A stretch of 64,000 nucleotides of DNA from NCBI GenBank assembly GCA_964057225.1, contig OZ059895.1:1860001-1924000 (forward strand), given 5' to 3'. Each line of letters begins with the position of its first letter. Position 1 is the stretch's first letter. The DNA comes from Auanema rhodensis (lineage: Eukaryota > Animalia > Nematoda). The notes under the pieces are model-generated. The model was not told the DNA's origin and searched no databases. It was given only the letters and a program-made list of their open reading frames with translations. A program made the translations under genes and the position numbers. This document shows, in pieces, positions 53,715 to 64,000 of the stretch.

Positions 53715-56700
53715 AACATACACTAATGCATCATTTTTCAAACGATCATAACTAATTTTTGTATTAAGCGTTTTTCAATGTAGTATAGTGCATTCGATGC
53801 GGATTTTTAAGCTGCGTCGATCTGTGTTATCAGATTTGCGCTAGCTTAACAATGCACCGAGATATCAACTGATATAAGTTCACACTTATATCCTCGATTT
53901 TCACCCTGAAGAATTGATTTTTTCGTTGAATAACATTGTCCATCGTCTTTGCCTTGAAAAATGGAATCTAAAAACATCTACTTTTTGCTAAATTATCTTG
54001 AAATTTTTCGAAAAAATTTTTGTCAAAATGTTTTTGGAAGCAATGTTGAGTGTACATGGAAACTCAACATACACTAATGCATCATTTTTCAAACGATTAT
54101 AACTAATTTTTGTATTAAGCTTTTCTCAATGTAGTATAGTGCATTCGATGCGGATTTTTAAGCTGCGTCGATCTGTGTTATCAGATTTGCGCTAGCTTAA
54201 AAATGCACCGAGATATCAACTGATATAAGTTCACACTTATATCCTCGATTTTCACCCTGAAGAATTAATTTTTTCGTTGAATAACATTGTCCATCGTCTT
54301 TGCCTTGAAAAATGGAATCTAAAAACATCTACTTTTTGCTAAATTATTTTGAAATTTTTCGAAAAAATTTTTGTCAAAATGTTTTTGGAAGCAATGTTGA
54401 GTGTACATGGAAACTCAACATACACTAATGCATCATTTTTCAAACGATCATAACTAATTTTTGTATTAAGCGTTTTTCAATGTAGTATAGTGCATTCGAT
54501 GCGGATTTTTAAGCTGCGTCGATCTGTGTTATCAGATTTGCGCTAGCTTAACAATGCACCGAGATATCAACTGATATAAGTTCACACTTATATCCTCGAT
54601 TTTCACCCTGAAGAATTGATTTTTTCGTTGAATAACATTGTCCATCGTCTTTGCCTTGAAAAATGGAATCTAAAAACATCTACTTTTTGCTAAATTATCT
54701 TGAAATTTTTCGAAAAAATTTTTGTCAAAATGTTTTTGGAAGCAATGTTGAGTGTACATGGAAACTCAACATACACTAATGCATCATTTTTCAAACGATT
54801 ATAACTAATTTTTGTATTAAGCTTTTCTCAATGTAGTATAGTGCATTCGATGCGGATTTTTAAGCTGCGTCGATCTGTGTTATCAGATTTGCGCTAGCTT
54901 AAAAATGCACCGAGATATCAACTGATATAAGTTCACACTTATATCCTCGATTTTCACCCTGAAGAATTAATTTTTTCGTTGAATAACATTGTCCATCGTC
55001 TTTGCCTTGAAAAATGGAATCTAAAAACATCTACTTTTTGCTAAATTATTTTGAAATTTTTCGAAAAAATTTTTGTCAAAATGTTTTTGGAAGCAATGTT
55101 GAGTGTACATGGAAACTCAACATACACTAATGCATCATTTTTCAAACGATCATAACTAATTTTTGTATTAAGCGTTTTTCAATGTAGTATAGTGCATTCG
55201 ATGCGGATTTTTAAGCTGCGTCGATCTGTGTTATCAGATTTGCGCTAACTTAACAATGCACCGAGATATCAACTGATATAAGTTCACACTTATATCCTCG
55301 ATTTTCACCCTGAAGAATTAATTTTTTCGTTGAATAACATTGTCCATCGTCTTTGCCTTGAAAAATGGAATCTAAAAACATCTACTTTTTGCTAAATTAT
55401 TTTGAAATTTTTCGAAAAAATTTTTGTCAAAATGTTTTTGGAAGCAATGTTGAGTGTACATGGAAACTCAACATACACTAATGCATCATTTTTCAAACGA
55501 TTGTAACTAATTTTTGTATTAAGCTTTTCTCAATGTAGTATAGTGCATTCGATGCGGATTTTTAAGCTGCGTCGATCTGTGTTATCAGATTTGCGCTAGC
55601 TTAAAAATGCACCGAGATATCAACTGATATAAGTTCACACTTATATCCTCGATTTTCACCCTGAAGAATTAATTTTTTCGTTGAATAACATTGTCCATCG
55701 TCTTTGCCTTGAAAAATGGAATCTAAAAACATCTACTTTTTGCTAAATTATTTTGAAATTTTTCGAAAAAATTTTTGTCAAAATGTTTTTGGAAGCAATG
55801 TTGAGTGTACATGGAAACTCAACATACACTAATGCATCATTTTTCAAACGATCATAACTAATTTTTGTATTAAGCTTTTCTCAATGTAGTATAGTGCGTT
55901 CGATGCGGATTTTTAAGCTGCGTCGATCTGTGTTATCAGATTTGCGCTAGCTTAACAATGCACCGAGATATCAACTGATATAAGTTCACACTTATATCCT
56001 CGATTTTCACCCTGAAGAATTAATTTTTTCGTTGAATAACATTGTCCATCGTCTTTGCCTTGAAAAATGGAATCTAAAAACATCTACTTTTTGCTAAATT
56101 ATTTTGAAATTTTTCGAAAAAATTTTTGTCAAAATGTTTTTGGAAGCAATGTTGAGTGTACATGGAAACTCAACATACACTAATGCATCATTTTTCAAAC
56201 GATTATAACTAATTTTTGTATTAAGCTTTTCTCAATGTAGTATAGTGCATTCGATGCGGATTTTTAAGCTGCGTCGATCTGTGTTATCAGATTTGCGCTA
56301 GCTTAAAAATGCACCGAGATATCAACTGATATAAGTTCACACTTATATCCTCGATTTTCACCCTGAAGAATTAATTTTTTCGTTGAATAACATTGTCCAT
56401 CGTCTTTGCCTTGAAAAATGGAATCTAAAAACATCTACTTTTTGCTAAATTATCCTGAAATTTTTCGAAAAAATTTTTGTCAAAATGTTTTTGGAAGCAA
56501 TGTTGAGTGTACATGGAAACTCAACATACACTAATGCATCATTTTTCAAACGATTATAACTAATTTTTGTATTAAGCTTTTCTCAAAGTAGTATAGTGCA
56601 TTCGATGCGGATTTTTAAGCTGCGTCGATCTGTGTTATCAGATTTGCGCTAGCTTAAAAATGCACCGAGATATCAACTGATATAAGTTCACACTTATATC

Positions 56701-59700
56701 CTCGATTTTCACCCTGAAGAATTAATTTTTTCGTTGAATAACATTGTCCATCGTCTTTGCCTTGAAAAATGGAATCTAAAAACATCTACTTTTTGCTAAA
56801 TTATCCTGAAATTTTTCGAAAAAATTTTTGTCAAAATGTTTTTGGAAGCAATGTTGAGTGTACATGGAAACTCAACATACACTAATGCATCATTTTTCAA
56901 ACGATCATAACTAATTTTTGTATTAAGCTTTTCTCAATGTAGTATAGTGCGTTCGATGCGGATTTTTAAGCTGCGTCGATCTGTGTTATCAGATTTGCGC
57001 TAGCTTAACAATGCACCGAGATATCAACTGATATAAGTTCACACTTATATCCTCGATTTTCACCCTGAAGAATTAATTTTTTCGTTGAATAACATTGTCC
57101 ATCGTCTTTGCCTTGAAAAATGGAATCTAAAAACATCTACTTTTTGCTAAATTATTTTGAAATTTTTCGAAAAAATTTTTGTCAAAATGTTTTTGGAAGC
57201 AATGTTGAGTGTACATGGAAACTCAACATACACTAATGCATCATTTTTCAAACGATTATAACTAATTTTTGTATTGAGCTTTTCTCAATGTAGTATAGTG
57301 CATTCGATGCGGATTTTTAAGCTGCGTCGATCTGTGTTATCAGATTTGCGCTAGCTTAAAAATGCACCGAGATATCAACTGATATAAGTTCACACTTATA
57401 TCCTCGATTTTCACCCTGAAGAATTAATTTTTTCGTTGAATAACATTGTCCATCGTCTTTGCCTTGAAAAATGGAATCTAAAAACATCTACTTTTTGCTA
57501 AATTATCCTGAAATTTTTCGAAAAAATTTTTGTCAAAATGTTTTTGGAAGCAATGTTGAGTGTACATGGAAACTCAACATACACTAATGCATCATTTTTC
57601 AAACGATTATAACTAATTTTTGTATTAAGCTTTTCTCAAAGTAGTATAGTGCATTCGATGCGGATTTTTAAGCTGCGTCGATCTGTGTTATCAGATTTGC
57701 GCTAGCTTAAAAATGCACCGAGATATCAACTGATATAAGTTCACACTTATATCCTCGATTTTCACCCTGAAGAATTAATTTTTTCGTTGAATAACATTGT
57801 CCATCGTCTTTGCCTTGAAAAATGGAATCTAAAAACATCTACTTTTTGCTAAATTATTTTGAAATTTTTCGAAAAAATTTTTGTCAAAATGTTTTTGGAA
57901 GCAATGTTGAGTGTACATGGAAACTCAACATACACTAATGCATCATTTTTCAAACGATTATAACTAATTTTTGTATTAAGCTTTTCTCAATGTAGTATAG
58001 TGCATTCGATGCGGATTTTTAAGCTGCGTCGATCTGTGTTATCAGATTTGCGCTAGCTTAAAAATGCACCGAGATATCAACTGATATAAGTTCACACTTA
58101 TATCCTCGATTTTCACCCTGAAGAATTAATTTTTTCGTTGAATAACATTGTCCATCGTCTTTGCCTTGAAAAATGGAATCTAAAAACATCTACTTTTTGC
58201 TAAATTATCTTGAAATTTTTCGAAAAAATTTTTGTCAAAATGTTTTTGGAAGCAATGTTGAGTGTACATGGAAACTCAACATACACTAATGCATCATTTT
58301 TCAAACGATCATAACTAATTTTTGTATTAAGCTTTTCTCAATGTAGTATAGTGCATTCGATGCGGATTTTTAAGCTGCGTCGATCTGTGTTATCAGATTT
58401 GCGCTAGCTTAACAATGCACCGAGATATCAACTGATATAAGTTCACACTTATATCCTCGATTTTCACCCTGAAGAATTAATTTTTTCGTTGAATAACATT
58501 GTCCATCGTCTTTGCCTTGAAAAATGGAATCTAAAAACATCTACTTTTTGCTAAATTATCTTGAAATTTTTCGAAAAAATTTTTGTCAAAATGTTTTTGG
58601 AAGCAATGTTGAGTGTACATGGAAACTCAACATACACTAATGCATCATTTTTCAAACGATTATAACTAATTTTTGTATTAAGCTTTTCTCAAAGTAGTAT
58701 AGTGCATTCGATGCGGATTTTTAAGCTGCGTCGATCTGTGTTATCAGATTTGCGCTAGCTTAAAAATGCACCGAGATATCAACTGATATAAGTTCACACT
58801 TATATCCTCGATTTTCACCCTGAAGAATTAATTTTTTCGTTGAATAACATTGTCCATCGTCTTTGCCTTGAAAAATGGAATCTAAAAACATCTACTTTTT
58901 GCTAAATTATTTTGAAATTTTTCGAAAAAATTTTTGTCAAAATGTTTTTGGAAGCAATGTTGAGTGTACATGGAAACTCAACATACACTAATGCATCATT
59001 TTTCAAACGATCATAACTAATTTTTGTATTAAGCGTTTTTCAATGTAGTATAGTGCATTCGATGCGGATTTTTAAGCTGCGTCGATCTGTGTTATCAGAT
59101 TTGCGCTAACTTAACAATGCACCGAGATATCAACTGATATAAGTTCACACTTATATCCTCGATTTTCACCCTGAAGAATTAATTTTTTCGTTGAATAACA
59201 TTGTCCATCGTCTTTGCCTTGAAAAATGGAATCTAAAAACATCTACTTTTTGCTAAATTATTTTGAAATTTTTCGAAAAAATTTTTGTCAAAATGTTTTT
59301 GGAAGCAATGTTGAGTGTACATGGAAACTCAACATACACTAATGCATCATTTTTCAAACGATTATAACTAATTTTTGTATTAAGCTTTACTCAATGTAGT
59401 ATAGTGCATTCGATGCGGATTTTTAAGCTGCGTCGATCTGTGTTATCAGATTTGCGCTAGCTTAAAAATGCACCGAGATATCAACTGATATAAGTTCACA
59501 CTTATATCCTCGATTTTCACCCTGAAGAATTAATTTTTTCGTTGAATAACATTGTCCATCGTCTTTGCCTTGAAAAATGGAATCTAAAAACATCTACTTT
59601 TTGCTAAATTATCTTGAAATTTTTCGAAAAAATTTTTGTCAAAATGTTTTTGGAAGCAATGTTGAGTGTACATGGAAACTCAACATACACTAATGCATCA

Positions 59701-61787
59701 TTTTTCAAACGATCATAACTAATTTTTGTATTAAGCTTTTCTCAATGTAGTATAGTGCATTCGATGCGGATTTTTAAGCTGCGTCGATCTGTGTTATCAG
59801 ATTTGCGCTAGCTTAACAATGCACCGAGATATCAACTGATATAAGTTCACACTTATATCCTCGATTTTCACCCTGAAGAATTAATTTTTTCGTTGAATAA
59901 CATTGTCCATCGTCTTTGCCTTGAAAAATGGAATCTAAAAACATCTACTTTTTGCTAAATTATCTTGAAATTTTTCGAAAAAATTTTTGTCAAAATGTTT
60001 TTGGAAGCAATGTTGAGTGTACATGGAAACTCAACATACACTAATGCATCATTTTTCAAACGATTATAACTAATTTTTGTATTAAGCTTTTCTCAAAGTA
60101 GTATAGTGCATTCGATGCGGATTTTTAAGCTGCGTCGATCTGTGTTATCAGATTTGCGCTAGCTTAACAATGCACCGAGATATCAACTGATATAAGTTCA
60201 CACTTATATCCTCGATTTTCACCCTGAAGAATTAATTTTTTCGTTGAATAACATTGTCCATCGTCTTTGCCTTGAAAAATGGAATCTAAAAACATCTACT
60301 TTTTGCTAAATTATTTTGAAATTTTTCGAAAAAATTTTTGTCAAAATGTTTTTGGAAGCAATGTTGAGTGTACATGGAAACTCAACATACACTAATGCAT
60401 CATTTTTCAAACGATCATAACTAATTTTTGTATTAAGCGTTTTTCAATGTAGTATAGTGCATTCGATGCGGATTTTTAAGCTGCGTCGATCTGTGTTATC
60501 AGATTTGCGCTAACTTAACAATGCACCGAGATATCAACTGATATAAGTTCACACTTATATCCTCGATTTTCACCCTGAAGAATTAATTTTTTCGTTGAAT
60601 AACATTGTCCATCGTCTTTGCCTTGAAAAATGGAATCTAAAAACATCTACTTTTTGCTAAATTATTTTGAAATTTTTTGAAAAAATTTTTGTCAAAATGT
60701 TTTTGGAAGCAATGTTGAGTGTACATGGAAACTCAACATACACTAATGCATCATTTTTCAAACGATTATAACTAATTTTTGTATTAAGCTTTTCTCAATG
60801 TAGTATAGTGCATTCGATGCGGATTTTTAAGCTGCGTCGATCTGTGTTATCAGATTTGCGCTAGCTTAAAAATGCACCGAGATATCAACTGATATAAGTT
60901 CACACTTATATCCTCGATTTTCACCCTGAAGAATTAATTTTTTCGTTGAATAACATTGTCCATCGTCTTTGCCTTGAAAAATGGAATCTAAAAACATCTA
61001 CTTTTTGCTAAATTATCTTGAAATTTTTCGAAAAAATTTTTGTCAAAATGTTTTTGGAAGCAATGTTGAGTGTACATGGAAACTCAACATACACTAATGC
61101 ATCATTTTTCAAACGATTATAACTAATTTTTGTATTAAGCTTTTCTCAAAGTAGTATAGTGCATTCGATGCGGATTTTTAAGCTGCGTCGATCTGTGTTA
61201 TCAGATTTGCGCTAGCTTAAAAATGCACCGAGATATCAACTGATATAAGTTCACACTTATATCCTCGATTTTCACCCTGAAGAATTAATTTTTTCGTTGA
61301 ATAACATTGTCCATCGTCTTTGCCTTGAAAAATGGAATCTAAAAACATCTACTTTTTGCTAAATTATTTTGAAATTTTTCGAAAAAATTTTTGTCAAAAT
61401 GTTTTTGGAAGCAATGTTGAGTGTACATGGAAACTCAACATACACTAATGCATCATTTTTCAAACGATCATAACTAATTTTTGTATTAAGCGTTTTTCAA
61501 TGTAGTATAGTGCATTCGATGCGGATTTTTAAGCTGCGTCGATCTGTGTTATCAGATTTGCGCTAACTTAACAATGCACCGAGATATCAACTGATATAAG
61601 TTCACACTTATATCCTCGATTTTCACCCTGAAGAATTAATTTTTTCGTTGAATAACATTGTCCATCGTCTTTGCCTTGAAAAATGGAATCTAACAACATC
61701 TACTTTTTGCTAAATTATTTTGAAATTTTTCGAAAAAATTTTTGTCAAAATGTTTTTGGAAGCAATGTTGAGTGTACATGGAAACTC
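53715..61787. repeat. Domain of short HOR-like units (dimer x2, trimer x2, tetramer x2, truncated trimer)
   Basis: M154-155 = M156-157 (A202G+T283C). M160-162 ~ M163-165 (A78G, T283C+T284C, T65A). M166-169 ~ M170-173 (T283C, T65A, G130A). M174-176 repeats the tetramer without its second monomer. Confidence 0.8.
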
Positions 61788-64000
61788 AACATACACTAAT
61801 GCATCATTTTTCAAACGATTATAACTAATTTTTGTATTAAGCTTTTCTCAATGTAGTATAGTGCATTCGATGCGGATTTTTAAGCTGCGTCGATCTGTGT
61901 TATCAGATTTGCGCTAGCTTAAAAATGCACCGAGATATCAACTGATATAAGTTCACACTTATATCCTCGATTTTCACCCTGAAGAATTAATTTTTTCGTT
62001 GAATAACATTGTCCATCGTCTTTGCCTTGAAAAATGGAATCTAAAAACATCTACTTTTTGCTAAATTATTTTGAAATTTTTCGAAAAAATTTTTGTCAAA
62101 ATGTTTTTGGAAGCAATGTTGAGTGTACATGGAAACTCAACATACACTAATGCATCATTTTTCAAACGATCATAACTAATTTTTGTATTAAGCTTTTCTC
62201 AATGTAGTATAGTGCATTCGATGCGGATTTTTAAGCTGCGTCGATCTGTGTTATCAGATTTGCGCTAGCTTAAAAATGCACCGAGATATCAACTGATATA
62301 AGTTTACACTTATATCCTCGATTTTCACCCTGAAGAATTAATTTTTTCGTTGAATAACATCGTCCATCGTCTTTGCCTTGAAAAATGGAATCTAAAAACA
62401 TCTACTTTTTGCTAAATTATTTTGAAATTTTTCGAAAAAATTTTTGTCAAAATGTTTTTGGAAGCAATGTTGAGTGTACGTGGAAACTCAACATACACTA
62501 ATGCATCATTTTTCAAACGATCATAACTAATTTTCGTATTAAGCGTTTCTCAATGTTGTATAGTGCATTCGATGCGGATTTTTAAGCTGCGTCGATCTGT
62601 GTTATCAGATTTGCGCTAGCTTAAAAATGCACCGAGATATCAACTGATATAAGTTCACACTTATATCCTCGATTTTCACCCTGAAGAATTAATTTTTTCG
62701 TTGAATAACATTGTCCATCGTCTTTGCCTTGAAAAAAGGAATCTAAAAACATCTACTTTTTGCTAAATTATTTTGAAATTTTTCGAAAAAATTTTTGTCA
62801 AAATGTTTTTGGAAGCAATGTTGAGTGTACATGGAAACTCAACATACACTAATGCATCATTTTTCAAACGATCATAACTAATTTTTGTATTAAGCGTTTC
62901 TCAATGTTGTATAGTGCATTCGATGCGGATTTTTAAGCTGCGTCGATCTGTGTTATCAGATTTGCGCTAGCTTAACAATGCACCGAGATATCAACTGATA
63001 TAAGTTCACACTTATATCCTCGATTTTCACCCTGAAGAATTAATTTTTTCGTTGAATAACATTGTCCATCGTCTTTGCCTTGAAAAATGGAATCTACAAA
63101 CATCTACTTTTTGCTAAATTATTTTGAAATTTTTCGAAAAAATTTTTGTCAAAATGTTTTTGGAAGCAATGTTGAGTGTACATGGAAACTCAACATACAC
63201 TAATGCATCATTTTTCAAACGATTATAACTAATTTTTGTATTAAGCTTTTCTCAATGTAGTATAGTGCATTCGATGCGGATTTATAAGCTGCGTCGATCT
63301 GTGTTATCAGATTTGCGCTAGCTTAAAAATGCACCGAGATATCAACTGATATAAGTTCACACTTATATCCTCGATTTTCACCCTGAAGAATTAATTTTTT
63401 CGTTGAATAACATCGTCCATCGTCTTTGCCTTGAAAAATGGAATCTAAAAACATCTACTTTTTGCTAAATTATTTTGAAATTTTTCGAAAAAATTTTTGT
63501 CAAAATGTTTTTGGAAGCAATGTTGAGTGTACATGGAAACTCAACATACACTAATGCATCATTTTTCAAACGATCATAACTAATTTTTGTATTAAGCTTT
63601 TCTCAATGTAGTATAGTGCATTCGATGCGGATTTTTAAGCTGCGTCGATCTGTGTTATCAGATTTGCGCTAGCTTAAAAATGCACCGAGATATCAACTGA
63701 TATAAGTTTACACTTATATCCTCGATTTTCACCCTGAAGAATTAATTTTTTCGTTGAATAACATCGTCCATCGTCTTTGCCTTGAAAAATGGAATCTAAA
63801 AACATCTACTTTTTGCTAAATTATTTTGAAATTTTTCGAAAAAATTTTTGTCAAAATGTTTTTGGAAGCAATGTTGAGTGTACGTGGAAACTCAACATAC
63901 ACTAATGCATCATTTTTCAAACGATCATAACTAATTTTTGTATTAAGCTTTTCTCAATGTAGTATAGTGCATTCGATGCGGATTTTTAAGCTGCGTCGAT

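Larger units (their letters stand above)
1..64000. repeat. Satellite DNA tandem array, 351-bp monomer, about 182.3 head-to-tail copies, open at both window edges
   Basis: AACATACACTAATGCATC recurs at 1, 352, 703 ... 3511 (10x351+1), 7021 (20x351+1) ... 63894. The last start equals 182x351+1 plus a net 11 bp from indels I could locate (13 inserted, 2 deleted). M1 has 111/351 G+C (~32%). No non-monomer sequence or inversion was seen. Confidence 0.99.

Noticed and set aside
1-64000. CRISPR array, or integron-like or other repeat-spacer cassette suggested by the regularly spaced palindromes
   Set aside because: The sequence between palindromes is the same in every unit. There are no unique spacers or cassettes, and no cas or integrase genes.
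1-64000. Giant repeat-protein gene (351 = 117 codons keeps frame)
   Set aside because: The six-frame track shows no ORF spanning even one monomer, and the 1-bp indels shift frame.
1-64000. Array as a sequencing or assembly artefact, or a synthetic concatemer
   Set aside because: Variants are shared in ordered, nested, hierarchical patterns with few homopolymer indels. This is expected from natural satellite evolution, not from random read error.

Overview
The whole window is one uninterrupted head-to-tail satellite DNA array. It contains 182 complete copies plus a final 107-bp partial copy of a 351-bp, ~68% AT monomer, all in the same orientation. There are no genes, RNA genes, transposon insertions, unique spacers or array ends. 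Monomers differ from one another by only a few substitutions, and eleven carry 1-2 bp indels, so the array is highly homogenised. It looks like eukaryotic (peri)centromeric satellite; I cannot name the family or host with confidence. The two 63-aa ORFs arise from one shared SNV that removes a stop codon. The real structure lies at two scales. (1) Each monomer is a chain of dyad symmetries (monomer positions 89-139, 157-178, 281-315, 329-356). (2) Shared variants reveal nested higher-order duplications: a ~8.5-kb block repeated at an 11,941-bp (34-monomer) offset, plus local 2-, 3-, 4-, 5-, 6- and 18-mer periods, regional variant domains and linked haplotypes recurring across the array. I found no evidence of a novel protein-coding system. 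Monomers are numbered M1 (1-351) onward. Variant names use positions within M1 and were read by eye, so counts may be slightly off.
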